From assembly GCA_963728915.1 (NCBI GenBank), contig CAVSLV010000001.1:736001-800000 (forward strand): a stretch of 64,000 bases of DNA. The letters run 5' to 3'. The position numbers and the translations under genes were made by a program. Shown here one piece after another: positions 29,520 to 39,146 of the stretch. Under the pieces are notes generated by a model. It worked only from the letters and a program-made list of their open reading frames with translations, searched no databases and was not told the origin of the DNA. How positions within the stretch are numbered: position 1 is the stretch's first letter; every line of letters starts with the position of its first letter. Source of the stretch: an uncultured Gemmatimonadales bacterium. GTDB lineage: Bacteria > Gemmatimonadota > Gemmatimonadetes > Gemmatimonadales > GWC2-71-9.

Positions 29520-30098
29520 CGGACTCCCGCCGGCCCCCCGCTCCAGCTCGCGCTGGAGAAAAGCCCGGGCGAACTGCCAATCCCGCTTCACGGTCGCGGC
29601 GGAAACCCCGAGCACGTCGGCCATCTCATCGATCTCCAGGCCCCCGAAGAAGCGCAGTTCGACGACCTTGGCCTGACGGGGATCGAGCCCGTTCAGCTTC
29701 TCGAGGGCCTGGTCCAGGGCGATCAGGTCGATCGAGAACTCCGGCGTCTCGGCGACCGATTCGTCCAGGGTGACCCGGATCCCGTGATCCCGCTTGGCCG
29801 CCGACCGGCGGCGCGCATGGTCCAGCAGAATTCGGCGAATCGCCTGAGAGGCGATGCCATAGAAGTGTGCCCGGTTCTTCCACGCCACGTCCCGCTGGCC
29901 CAGGAGCCGCATGAATGCCTCGTCCACCAGCTCCGTCGGCTGGAGGGTGTGACCGCTGGACTCCCGGCGCAGGGCGTGAACCGCGAGGACGTGCAGCTCT
30001 CCATACACCACCTGGGCGAGTCGCTCGCCGGCCTCGGTATCACCTTCCCGAAGCGCGGCCAGGAGGCGAGTGACTTCATGGCTGTCAGGGGAGGTCAT
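29517..30098 (-). CDS. ECF sigma factor, kinase-associated type (TIGR02999/ECF43-like)
   Basis: HTLQPTELVDEAFMRL, AIRRILLDHARRR, VELRFFGGL, ATVKRDWQFARAFL; ATG at 30098. Confidence 0.93.
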   Translation of the reverse strand: MTSPDSHEVTRLLAALREGDTEAGERLAQVVYGELHVLAVHALRRESSGHTLQPTELVDEAFMRLLGQRDVAWKNRAHFYGIASQAIRRILLDHARRRSAAKRDHGIRVTLDESVAETPEFSIDLIALDQALEKLNGLDPRQAKVVELRFFGGLEIDEMADVLGVSAATVKRDWQFARAFLQRELERGAGGSP

Positions 30099-30140
30099 CG
30101 ATCCAGAACCTACCCTCCGGCGGGAAAATCGTCGAGGAAG

Positions 30141-30170
30141 TGAGCCGCGCGCCCGGCCTTCTGCGCGTGT
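30141..30170 (+). promoter_or_regulatory. Candidate ECF promoter, copy 3 (beta-barrel gene)
   Basis: TGAGCC-N14-CTGCGCGTGT on the plus strand. Confidence 0.7.
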
Positions 30171-30198
30171 TGGAGGAACCTTCCCCCCTGGAGACACT

Positions 30199-30813
30199 AT
30201 GAAAGCGCGTCGTTTTCCCCTGCGGGCAATGGCCTCGCTCCTGATCGGATCGTGCCTGCCCGGGCTCCTGGCGGCACAATCCGCCCAGCGCTGGTCCCTG
30301 CAAATCTCCGGGATCGGGGTGGGCGGCAGCGGCGACGCCTTTGCGGGAGTCTCCACCGGCTGGGGAGGGGAGGCCCAGGTTCGATATACCCCGAGCTCCT
30401 TTTCCCTGGGGATCGGGTTCCAGTTTTCCCGGCACGATTTCGATGACCCCGAACTGGCCTCCACCGTTCCGGTCAAGTACTACGGCGCCTTTGCCGAACC
30501 CCGGTACGTGATCGACCTGCACAGCTCGAGCCTCGCCCCCTATCTCTCGGCTCGGCTGGCCTGGCTTACCCAGAGCGCCGACTTCCAGGAGTTCGCCGCC
30601 TCCGCAAAGGGCAGCGGGTTCCAGGTGAACGGCGGCGGCGGCGTGCTGGTGCGGTTGTCTTCCCGCATGAACCTGGATCTGGGCGCCACCTTCGGCAGCA
30701 TTCACTTCGGCGACTATATCGTCAAGCAGAACGGCGAGGAGCTCGGCCGGGTCGCCGGCGGAAATGGGACCAACTTCGTCGGGAGAGTGGGGATCGCGAT
30801 CGGCCTCAAGTAA
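30199..30813 (+). CDS. Small outer-membrane beta-barrel protein
   Basis: Signal peptide; alternating beta strands; PYL and GGGG motifs; about 205 aa. Confidence 0.75.
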   Translation: MKARRFPLRAMASLLIGSCLPGLLAAQSAQRWSLQISGIGVGGSGDAFAGVSTGWGGEAQVRYTPSSFSLGIGFQFSRHDFDDPELASTVPVKYYGAFAEPRYVIDLHSSSLAPYLSARLAWLTQSADFQEFAASAKGSGFQVNGGGGVLVRLSSRMNLDLGATFGSIHFGDYIVKQNGEELGRVAGGNGTNFVGRVGIAIGLK

Positions 30814-30858
30814 CTGAGCCCGGGAATTCCAGGGGGCCGGCGCGATTATCTTGGTTTC

Positions 30859-31263
30859 ATGCGCCGGCCCTCTTCATTACTGTTTGTCACCGGGATGCTG
30901 GGGCTCTCGATTCCGCTGGCCGCCCAGGGGCTGACCGGTGGCGCGCTGTCCGGGCTCTGGCAGCTGGAAAAAGGCAAAGTGAAGGCGGATGGACCCAAGA
31001 CGGTCATGATCCGAACCGACTCCAGCGCTTCTTGGGGAAAAGAAACCGTCCGATGGCGCCTCAAACCTGACAAGAGCGAGATCCTCATCGCCCTGGGCGG
31101 TGAGTGGGAGACCTATACCGTCAAGCTCAAAGGTGGAACCCGTCTGGAGTTGTCCGGCGGGGATCTGACCGAGAAGATTACTCTGAAGAGGGTTGGACCG
31201 GCCACGCCACGGCCGGCCAACGTTCCACTGCCACCGGACCCCGATTCAATTCCGAACGACTGA
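30859..31263 (+). CDS. Secreted hypothetical protein (lipocalin-like GLW start)
   Basis: Signal peptide ending LAA-Q; LSGLWQL. Confidence 0.65.
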   Translation: MRRPSSLLFVTGMLGLSIPLAAQGLTGGALSGLWQLEKGKVKADGPKTVMIRTDSSASWGKETVRWRLKPDKSEILIALGGEWETYTVKLKGGTRLELSGGDLTEKITLKRVGPATPRPANVPLPPDPDSIPND

Positions 31264-31301
31264 TCCCGGGTGGCGTTCACCCCTTATTCGAGGATGGGAC
31301 C

Positions 31302-31505
31302 GTGGCCACCAAGCTCGAGAAGCCGTTGAAGCGTGAGCTCAATCTGGAAGGCGAACCCTACATCGTCGTCATCAGTCCGGAAGGACTCAAGGTGACCCAG
31401 AAGGGTCGCCGGAAAGGTCTGGAGCTGAGCTGGAAGGATCTGCTCGGCGGCGACGCCGCCCTGGCCAGTGCGCTGCGCGCCTCAACCCAGGGGTCTGAAC
31501 AGTAG
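31302..31505 (+). CDS. Small basic hypothetical protein
   Basis: GAGG upstream of GTG; ATKLEKPLKREL...KGRRKGLELSWKDL; good codon usage. Confidence 0.7.
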   Translation: MATKLEKPLKRELNLEGEPYIVVISPEGLKVTQKGRRKGLELSWKDLLGGDAALASALRASTQGSEQ

Positions 31506-32363
31506 TTCCGGTCGGTCGTTTCGACCGTCATTCCAGTCGAATTCCCCTTGAAGCTGTCCCGCCGCCCCGTTGCCGACGCTGATCGTCGGTAACGGGCGGT
31601 CCTGTTCTGCCACGAAGACTTCGCCCCGGAACCCCCGGGACCGGAGGATCGGCTCGACCGTCTGGCGCGCGACCTCCGGGGCGTTGCATTGCTGGCTCAG
31701 GTGGACCAGGACCACAGCTTGAAGGGACGGCTGGCAAAGATCGCCCAGGAACTGGGCGGTGGCGCGATTGGAGAGATGCCCCCCACTCCCGGCAATCCGG
31801 TGCTGCACCGAGACGGGATAGCCGCTGGTTCGAAGCAGGACTTCGTCGTAATTCGATTCAACCACCACCGCGTGCAAGGTCCGGAAGAGAAACCGAAGAC
31901 CCTGGGTCGGCCTTCCAAAATCGAAGGCCACCCCGACGGTCGTGCCGTCGGTGCTGGTGATGGTCAGGGCAAGAGGCTCGAGCGCATCGTGGAGGATCGC
32001 GCACCCGGCGAGAGTGAACGGTCCACACTCGGCCCGCCCTCCGCTCCTCACTGCGTTGAACCCGACCTCGGTCCGTTGCTTCGGCCCGTGGAGCGCTCGT
32101 CCCAGCGCGCTCCACGTTCCGGGCGACGCAAGCACCGGAACGCCACAGTGTTTCGCCAGCCGCAACGCGCCCCGCGCATGGTCCTGGTGCTCGTGGGTCA
32201 GGGCGATCCCGCAGAGACCGGCCAGATCGATACCGGCCGCCTCGGCACGCTGGTGGAGTTCCTTGCTGCTGAATCCCGCATCGACCAGCAGCAGCCGTCC
32301 TTCCGCACCGATCGCGACCGCGTTGCCCCGGGATCCGGATCCCAGCACCGTGATGGTCGTCAT
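31482..32363 (-). CDS. MBL-fold metallohydrolase (YycJ/WalJ-like)
   Basis: LGSGSRGN, THEHQDH, ESNYD, GHLSN, HLS. Confidence 0.9.
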   Translation of the reverse strand: MTTITVLGSGSRGNAVAIGAEGRLLLVDAGFSSKELHQRAEAAGIDLAGLCGIALTHEHQDHARGALRLAKHCGVPVLASPGTWSALGRALHGPKQRTEVGFNAVRSGGRAECGPFTLAGCAILHDALEPLALTITSTDGTTVGVAFDFGRPTQGLRFLFRTLHAVVVESNYDEVLLRTSGYPVSVQHRIAGSGGHLSNRATAQFLGDLCQPSLQAVVLVHLSQQCNAPEVARQTVEPILRSRGFRGEVFVAEQDRPLPTISVGNGAAGQLQGEFDWNDGRNDRPELLFRPLG

Positions 32364-33523
32364 CGGGCCAGTCGCCGGTGCAGGGCGCGAAGCGAGGTCT
32401 CGATCGCCGGAGTCACCTTCACTTGGCGACGCGGCATCACCCGCCGGGCGACCCGAAGGAACCCTTCGACATCCTGCCGCTCATGGCCGCCCTCTCCCCA
32501 GGCAAAGGGAGCCGTGAATCGTGCCGGTTGTCTCGCCAGGACCTGGGCTCCGGTGCCGATGATGGTTCCGGTCGAGAGCATGGTGCCGATCCCGACCTTG
32601 GCATGATCGCCGAAGAGGGTTCCAAGGTTCATCCGCCCGGTCTCGAGCCGGGCCCCCGGAAGATCGAGACGTACCTCGCCATAGGTGTTCTTGAGGTTCG
32701 AGGTAATCGTTCCCGCGCCCAGGTTCACCCATTGCCCGATGATGCTGTGGCCGACGAACCCGTCATGACTCTTGTTGGCGAATCCCAGAAAAACCGAGCT
32801 GCCGACTTCACCATGAATGCGGCACTGCGGGCCGATGGAGGAGTGACGGATGGTGCCCCCGAGCAGGACGGTGCCGGAACCTGCAAAGAGGGGTCCCTCG
32901 AGCCGGGTGCCGGAAAGCACCCGAACCCCCTCTTCCAGAACCACGGCGCCTTGTCGGACATCGAAGACCACACCGGGCTCGACCTCCGCACCGAAGCAGG
33001 CGACCCTCGCCGGGTCGCCGAGCACCAGCGCACCCGAGGGCACAGGGTCGGGGCTGGTAGCTCCAATCGCCGCGCAGTCAACAGGCAGCAGGGCTTCGAG
33101 CGCGGTGATCAGGTCCCAGGCGCCCCGGAGAATCAGCCCCTCGATCTCCTGACCCGGACCCGCCTCATCCTCCCCTGACCAGGCTTCCCCCGCCGGCACG
33201 ATCCACCCAACCGTTCTCCCATCATGGACGTATCGTCGCGCGGCAGGATTGGCTACCGGAACCCTGCCCGGCGCGAAATCCGAGCGGGCCACCACGGCGG
33301 GACCGGTGATCGTGCCTGGGAGAACGGTCGGCGCACTATCGGCGTCGGCAAAGCCCGCCGCCTCGTTTCCCATGACTGCGACGTCTGGAATCCCGAGCAA
33401 CCCGGACCATCGATCCCGGATCCGCCAGGCGCCCGCCCGAAGCTCCGCAATCGGCCGCGCCCCACGAAACGGCTCCCAGGCCGGGCCGGGATCGGTCGGC
33501 TCGAGGCAGACGAGGCGGGTCAA
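32360..33523 (-). CDS. GlmU-related putative sugar nucleotidyltransferase / hexapeptide-repeat protein
   Basis: RPIAELRAG; NKSHDGFVGHS..GQWVNLGAGTITSNLKN; TTG start overlapping the upstream stop. Confidence 0.8.
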   Translation of the reverse strand: MTRLVCLEPTDPGPAWEPFRGARPIAELRAGAWRIRDRWSGLLGIPDVAVMGNEAAGFADADSAPTVLPGTITGPAVVARSDFAPGRVPVANPAARRYVHDGRTVGWIVPAGEAWSGEDEAGPGQEIEGLILRGAWDLITALEALLPVDCAAIGATSPDPVPSGALVLGDPARVACFGAEVEPGVVFDVRQGAVVLEEGVRVLSGTRLEGPLFAGSGTVLLGGTIRHSSIGPQCRIHGEVGSSVFLGFANKSHDGFVGHSIIGQWVNLGAGTITSNLKNTYGEVRLDLPGARLETGRMNLGTLFGDHAKVGIGTMLSTGTIIGTGAQVLARQPARFTAPFAWGEGGHERQDVEGFLRVARRVMPRRQVKVTPAIETSLRALHRRLAR

Positions 33524-34548
33524 TCCAGCTCCCGGATCTCGGGGGGGAGTTGCTCCAGCATCCGCTTCAGCTCGGGGGCCTCGGCCCGGGGAACCACCAG
33601 CACCCGGTTGTTGGCGCACACGATGACCAGATCGCGCACTCCATTGACCACGATCGGGGTTCCCTCGCTCCATACGATGCAGTCACTCACATTGATCAGC
33701 TCCACCGGGCCGTGGGCCATGTTGCCCTGACGATCGAGGGGACGCACCCGGGTGAGCGCTTCCCAGGTGCCCACGTCGTCCCAGTCGAAGTTGCCCGGCA
33801 CGACCGCGATCCGCTCGGTGCGTTCCAAGACCCCGACGTCGATGGAGATACTGGTGACCGCCTGGAAGAAACCGGGGACGTCGCCCTGGTCCAGCCGCTC
33901 GAGGTGAGGGGCGATCTCCGGTGTCGCTGTTCGGACCTCGGCCAGGAGGCGCTCGGCCGTCCACGCGAAGAGGCCGCTGTTCCAGAGCGCCCCCTCGGAC
34001 ATGAGATCGAGAGCCGTCGTTGCGTCCGGCTTCTCGACGAATCGCTTGACCGTGCGAACCCCCGGTTCGAGGGGATCGCCGGGAATGATGTATCCGTATC
34101 CGGTCTCCGGTCGGGAGGGGACGATGCCCACCGTGATCAAACGGTCGTGGCGGCGCGCAAACTCGAGAGCGGAGGCGGCAGTGCGAACGAAGGCCGCGGG
34201 GTCGCCAACGGCCCAGTCCGCGTGCATGGCCAGAATACCGGCATCGGGGTCCCGCTTCCGGATCTCGTGCGTGGCCCAGACCAGGGCCGGCCCGGTCGAA
34301 GCCTGTCGCGGCTCGACCAGGAATTGGGATTCGGGAAGCTGGAGGGCTTTCGAGAGCGGACCGGCCAGCTCTGCGCTGGTCACGATGATGATCCGGGAAC
34401 GGGGGATGAACCCGGCCAGGCGATCGAGCGTTTCCTCCGCCGTCGCCCGGGGCCCGGTGAGCGGAAGCAGATGCTTGGGACGGGAGGGAGAAGAGAGCGG
34501 CCAGAACCGGGTTCCGGATCCGCCCGCGATAATGGCGGCCCAATCCAT
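33520..34548 (-). CDS. manC: Mannose-1-phosphate guanylyltransferase
   Basis: AGGSGTRFWPLS, ETGYGYI, FVEKPD, WNSG, SIDVGVLE, WDDVGTW. Confidence 0.88.
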   Translation of the reverse strand: MDWAAIIAGGSGTRFWPLSSPSRPKHLLPLTGPRATAEETLDRLAGFIPRSRIIIVTSAELAGPLSKALQLPESQFLVEPRQASTGPALVWATHEIRKRDPDAGILAMHADWAVGDPAAFVRTAASALEFARRHDRLITVGIVPSRPETGYGYIIPGDPLEPGVRTVKRFVEKPDATTALDLMSEGALWNSGLFAWTAERLLAEVRTATPEIAPHLERLDQGDVPGFFQAVTSISIDVGVLERTERIAVVPGNFDWDDVGTWEALTRVRPLDRQGNMAHGPVELINVSDCIVWSEGTPIVVNGVRDLVIVCANNRVLVVPRAEAPELKRMLEQLPPEIRELD

Positions 34549-34549
34549 T

Positions 34550-34903
34550 TCAGACCAGACCTGTGAGAGAGTCGCGCTGGGTGCGAAGCTGGTAGAGCAA
34601 TCCCCCGAGGTCGCGATCCGGCTTGGCGAGCACGATCAGCGTGGCGGCAGGACTGAGTGGGGTGAGAATCGCCGGGCCCTCTCCGAAGTCCAGGACGGCC
34701 GTGCGCAGCTCGCCGGACCCGCTCGACGCACCGAACTGTTCGGCATGCCGCATCGTGGTAACCGCCAGGGCGGCGATCGCTTCCTCGTCGTCGTCGGGAC
34801 GGAGCGCATTGTGAATGATGAGCCCGTCGGCGCCGACGATCGCTCCACCTCGCACCGATTCGGCGGCATCGAGACGCTGGAGAACCTCTCGCAGGCCTGC
34901 CAT
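34550..34903 (-). CDS. Roadblock/LC7 (MglB-like) protein
   Basis: VRGGAIVGADGLII...AIAALA; DLGGLLYQL. Confidence 0.85.
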   Translation of the reverse strand: MAGLREVLQRLDAAESVRGGAIVGADGLIIHNALRPDDDEEAIAALAVTTMRHAEQFGASSGSGELRTAVLDFGEGPAILTPLSPAATLIVLAKPDRDLGGLLYQLRTQRDSLTGLV

Positions 34904-34938
34904 CGAGACCCTCGGTCTGAGTGGGAGGAAACGTCGCC

Positions 34939-34968
34939 AACCTAAGAGGGCGCGGCGCCCGAAGTCAA
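34939..34968 (-). promoter_or_regulatory. Candidate sigma70 promoter for the roadblock-manC operon
   Basis: TTGACT-N18-TAGGTT on the minus strand. Confidence 0.5.
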
Positions 34969-34982
34969 GAAAAGACTATGGG

Positions 34983-35011
34983 TTGACCCCTCTCAATCCC
35001 GTCCTTAACCT
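34983..35011 (+). promoter_or_regulatory. Candidate sigma70 promoter for the serS operon
   Basis: TTGACC-N17-TAACCT. Confidence 0.55.
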
Positions 35012-35023
35012 TCGGTGCCTGCC

Positions 35024-35608
35024 ATGCTGCCCAATCGTCTCAGACTGACCGGCCCGTTGCTGCTCGGGATCGCCGCTGCCGCTGGATTGCTCGGCGCTTG
35101 CTCGGGCGACATCAGCCTGGGCCCTGCCGCGTACGAAAACCAGGTCGACACTCTCCAGATCTGGGCCGCGACCGGGACTCCGGTCTATCTCCCCAGCGCC
35201 TATCTGATCGGGAGTCGGAGCACGGCGCGGCTGGACCAGCTTTCCTATTTCGATTTCATCTTCGATATCACGCCCGACGGTGAGCACGTGCTGCTGCCGA
35301 TGGGGGCCGTTGCCAATACCGGCCGCGTGTCCGGCAATCCCGGGCTTCTCCCCACCACAGTCCCTTTCGATTCGATCCGGGTCGCGGAACAGACCGGCTA
35401 CCTGACGACCGACACCGTCCGGGTCAGGGTGGGCGACATCTTCTACGCGCGTTCCCAGATTTCTTCGGCGTGCTTCCTCGGCATCCCGTACTATGCCAAG
35501 CTCCAGGTCCTGGGTGTGAACGACGACGATCGCAGTATCTGGATTCAGGTCCTCTCCAACATCAACTGCGGGTACCGCAGTCTCGTCGTGGGCCTGCCCA
35601 CGAAGTGA
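35024..35608 (+). CDS. Hypothetical lipoprotein
   Basis: Lipobox LGAC; C-terminal NINCGYRSL; stop overlaps the serS start. Confidence 0.8.
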   Translation: MLPNRLRLTGPLLLGIAAAAGLLGACSGDISLGPAAYENQVDTLQIWAATGTPVYLPSAYLIGSRSTARLDQLSYFDFIFDITPDGEHVLLPMGAVANTGRVSGNPGLLPTTVPFDSIRVAEQTGYLTTDTVRVRVGDIFYARSQISSACFLGIPYYAKLQVLGVNDDDRSIWIQVLSNINCGYRSLVVGLPTK

Positions 35609-36885
35609 TCGACCTCCGAGTGCTCCGGCAGGATCCCGACGCGAGCCGCGCGGCCCTGCTGCGGCGCGGCGATCCCTCGCTGGGAACGGCCCTGAATAAC
35701 GTTCTCGAGCTCGATCGGCGCTGGCGCACTCTGGTCGCCGGGACCGAACAGCTCAAGGCGGAGCGCAACGCCCAGAGCGAGGAAGTGGCCCGTCGCAAGC
35801 GGGAGCGGCAACCCGCCGACGATCTGCTCGCCTCGCTCAAGACCTCCGGAGAGCGGGTCAAAGCTCTCGACGGAGAGGCCAAATCGGCCGAGGAGCAGCT
35901 CAACCAGGCCCTGCTGCGGATTCCCAACCTCCCCCATCGCGATTCTCCGGAGGGAGGGCCCGAGGCCAACCGCCTCATCCGCAGCTGGGGTGACCCCCCC
36001 AAGCAGGATTTCGCCCCGAAGCCGCACTGGGAAATCGGCGAAACCCTGGGCCTCATCGACCTCGCCCGGGGCGCCAAGATTTCCGGCTCGGGATTTCCGG
36101 TTTTCACCGGCGCGGGCGCCCGCCTGGTTCGCGCCCTCGCCGGGCTCATGCTCGATATCCACACCAGCGAGCACGGCTACCGCGAAGTGCGGCCCCCCTA
36201 TCTCGTCCATCGGGCCACCATGACGGGGACCGGACAGCTTCCCAAGTTCGAGGACGATCTCTACGCGGTGACCGGGGACGATCTGTTTCTTATCCCGACG
36301 GCGGAAGTTCCCCTGACCAATCTGTACCGGGAGGAGATCCTGGACGGCGCCGGCCTCCCGTTGACCCTGGTGGGATTTACCCCCTGCTTCCGCCGTGAAG
36401 CGGGAGCCGCGGGGAAGGATACCAGAGGCCTCCTTCGGGTCCATCAGTTCGACAAGGTCGAGTTGGTCCGGCTCAGCCGGCCCGAAACGAGCGACGCGGA
36501 GCTCGAAGTGCTGACCGGACACGCCGAGACCATTTTCCGGAGGCTGGAGCTGCCGTATCGGGTCGTCGATCTCGCGACCGGTGATCTCGGCTTCAGCGCC
36601 TCACGCACCTATGATATCGAAGTCTGGGCGGCTGGCGTCCAGGCCTGGCTCGAGTGCTCCAGCTCGAGCACCTTCGGAGACTTCCAGGCGCGCCGGGCTT
36701 CGATTCGTTTCCGCCCGGCCCCCGGGGAAAAGCCGGAGTTCGTCCACACCCTGAATGCGTCGGGGGTCGCGTTTCCCCGAACCATCGCCGCCTTGCTGGA
36801 AAACCACCAGCAGGCAGACGGCTCGGTGCGTTTGCCCCAGGCACTGGTGCCGTACATGGGGACCGATCGCCTCAGTCCTTCCTGA
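35605..36885 (+). CDS. serS: Serine-tRNA ligase
   Basis: GTGQLPKF, LIPTAEVP, FRREAG, RVHQFDKVE, HTLNASG. Confidence 0.97.
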   Translation: MIDLRVLRQDPDASRAALLRRGDPSLGTALNNVLELDRRWRTLVAGTEQLKAERNAQSEEVARRKRERQPADDLLASLKTSGERVKALDGEAKSAEEQLNQALLRIPNLPHRDSPEGGPEANRLIRSWGDPPKQDFAPKPHWEIGETLGLIDLARGAKISGSGFPVFTGAGARLVRALAGLMLDIHTSEHGYREVRPPYLVHRATMTGTGQLPKFEDDLYAVTGDDLFLIPTAEVPLTNLYREEILDGAGLPLTLVGFTPCFRREAGAAGKDTRGLLRVHQFDKVELVRLSRPETSDAELEVLTGHAETIFRRLELPYRVVDLATGDLGFSASRTYDIEVWAAGVQAWLECSSSSTFGDFQARRASIRFRPAPGEKPEFVHTLNASGVAFPRTIAALLENHQQADGSVRLPQALVPYMGTDRLSPS

Positions 36886-39146
36886 TGACCGCCGGACCCG
36901 TCGGACGAGACTGGATCCGGACCTTGAATCCGGAGCAGCGGGAGGCCGTGGCGCATGTGGACGGGCCCCTGCTCGTGCTGGCGGGCGCCGGCTCGGGCAA
37001 GACCCGGGTCCTCACCACGCGGATCGCGGTGTTGCTCCAGGAGCACGGCGTTCCGACCCATCGCATCTTCGCGGTGACCTTCACCAACAAAGCGGCAGCC
37101 GAGATGCGCCAGCGGGTTGGAACCCTGCTGGAGCGCGATCCCACCGGCCTCTGGATCGGCACCTTTCACGGGCTTTCGGCTCGGCTGCTTCGCCGCGAAG
37201 CGGAACCGCTTGGATTCTCCCGCGAGTTCACGATCTTTGACGAAGATGACCGCCTCGCGCTGATCAAGCGCCTCCTCGAAGAACGGAATATCCCGACCAA
37301 GCTCTTCCCGGCCCGGGCGGTGCAGACCGTCATTTCCGCCGCCAAGAACCGGATGTGGACCGCGGAAGAGCTGGGAGCCCAGGCGGGGTACGATCGTCTC
37401 GCCGAAATCGCGGCGCAGCTGATGGGGCCTCTGGCCATCGAGCTCAAGCGCCAGAACGCGATGGACTTCGACGACCTGATGCTGCATCCCCTCACGCTCT
37501 TTCGCGAGCACCCCGACCGCCTGGCCTTCTGGCGCGATCGCTTCGCGTACCTCCTGGTCGATGAGTTCCAGGATACCAACCGGGCCCAGTATGAGCTGCT
37601 CCGGTTTCTGGGGGGTCAGGGCAACGTGTTCGCCGTGGGCGACGATGATCAGTCCATCTATGGCTGGCGCGGTGCCGAAGTCCGGAACATGCGGGACTTC
37701 ACCCGGGACTTTCCCGCCGCGCGCACCGTGCGCCTCGAGGAGAATTATCGCTCGACCCAGCTCATCCTCGACGCCGCCAACGCCGCCATCGCCCGGAATG
37801 TCGGCCGGCTCGGCAAGACCCTCCGCACCCGGCGGGAAGGCGGCGAGTCGATCACCGTCGTGGCCGCCGCCGACGAGCGTGATGAAGCGGAATGGATCGC
37901 CGGTGAGCTGGCCCGGCGAAGCGCGGCGGGCGAATGGCCCCTCGAGGAGATGGCGATCCTCTACCGAACCAACGCCCAGTCCCGCGCGCTGGAAGAAGCC
38001 CTCCGTCGGGCCGGGGTTTCCTATCGGGTCATCGGGGCGATCAGCTTCTACGAGCGCCGCGAGGTCAAGGATCTGCTCGCCTACCTCCGCCTGATCGCCA
38101 ACCCCGCCGACGATGAGGCCTTTCTGCGGTCAGTCGTCGTGCCCAAGCGCGGCATCGGCGAGGCCAGTCTCACCGCCTTCCGGGTCGCGGCCCGTGGCTG
38201 GAACAAGTCGTTGCTCGAGGCGGCCAGGGTCGCGGACCGGATTACCGGGCTGCGCCCCAATGTGCGCGACGGATTTCAGCGATTCGCCACCCTGATCGAT
38301 GCGTTACGCGAGCAGAGCCTGACCGCCGCGCCGGTGCGCCTGCTGGAGCATCTCATCCAGGCGATAGATTACGAATCGCTGCTCCTGGCGGAGGGTCCCG
38401 AAGGGGCGGACCGCTGGGAGAACGTCCGCGAGCTCGTCGCCGCGGCGGCGGAATGGTCCGAGGTGGTTCCCGAAGAGGAGTCCGGAACCCCGCTCGAGCG
38501 TTTCCTGGCCGAGGCCGCGCTGGTCACCGCGGCGGACTCGGCCCAGGGCGACAGCGGAGTCACCCTGATGACCCTGCACACCGCCAAGGGCCTCGAGTGG
38601 CCCGTGGTGGTGATCTCGGGGCTCGAGGAAGGGCTCTTCCCATTGAGCCGGTCGCTCGAGACCCAGGATGGTCTGGAAGAGGAACGCCGCCTCTTCTACG
38701 TCGGGCTGACCCGGGCCCGTGACAAGCTGTACCTCACCTGGGCCCGGGCACGCCGTCGCGGAGGAGAACTTCGCCGCGGGATGGTGTCGCGCTTCATGGA
38801 GTCGGTGCCCCCGACCCTGCTGGACGAGAAAAGCACCGCGTCCCTCTGGTCGCCACAACGGACCTCGGGAGGGTGGCTCGCTCCTTGGGAGATCACGACC
38901 GTCCCGCGCGCCACGCCGACCCGGCTTTACGCCATCGACGAGGATCTGGCCAATCAGGATGCGCCCCGCCTGATCAAGGGAGAGCGGGTGCGGCACCGGC
39001 GCTTCGGAAGCGGGACCGTACAGGGATTGGTCGGAGCGGGGAAGGACCTCAAGGTGAGCGTGTTGTTCGACGATGCCGAGGTGGGACTCAAACAGCTCCT
39101 GGTCGGGGTGGCCGGTCTGGAGCGTGACTGGGGAGAGCCGGCGTGA
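36885..39146 (+). CDS. pcrA: UvrD/PcrA ATP-dependent DNA helicase
   Basis: AGAGSGKT, VDEFQDTN, GDDDQSIY, NYRS, TLHTAKGLE, EERRLFYVGLTRA; C-terminal Tudor-like domain. Confidence 0.95.
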   Translation: MTAGPVGRDWIRTLNPEQREAVAHVDGPLLVLAGAGSGKTRVLTTRIAVLLQEHGVPTHRIFAVTFTNKAAAEMRQRVGTLLERDPTGLWIGTFHGLSARLLRREAEPLGFSREFTIFDEDDRLALIKRLLEERNIPTKLFPARAVQTVISAAKNRMWTAEELGAQAGYDRLAEIAAQLMGPLAIELKRQNAMDFDDLMLHPLTLFREHPDRLAFWRDRFAYLLVDEFQDTNRAQYELLRFLGGQGNVFAVGDDDQSIYGWRGAEVRNMRDFTRDFPAARTVRLEENYRSTQLILDAANAAIARNVGRLGKTLRTRREGGESITVVAAADERDEAEWIAGELARRSAAGEWPLEEMAILYRTNAQSRALEEALRRAGVSYRVIGAISFYERREVKDLLAYLRLIANPADDEAFLRSVVVPKRGIGEASLTAFRVAARGWNKSLLEAARVADRITGLRPNVRDGFQRFATLIDALREQSLTAAPVRLLEHLIQAIDYESLLLAEGPEGADRWENVRELVAAAAEWSEVVPEEESGTPLERFLAEAALVTAADSAQGDSGVTLMTLHTAKGLEWPVVVISGLEEGLFPLSRSLETQDGLEEERRLFYVGLTRARDKLYLTWARARRRGGELRRGMVSRFMESVPPTLLDEKSTASLWSPQRTSGGWLAPWEITTVPRATPTRLYAIDEDLANQDAPRLIKGERVRHRRFGSGTVQGLVGAGKDLKVSVLFDDAEVGLKQLLVGVAGLERDWGEPA

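Noticed and set aside
30815..30844. Fourth TGAGCC upstream of the gene at 30859
   Set aside because: The CGCG element is 3 nt out of register with the three good copies
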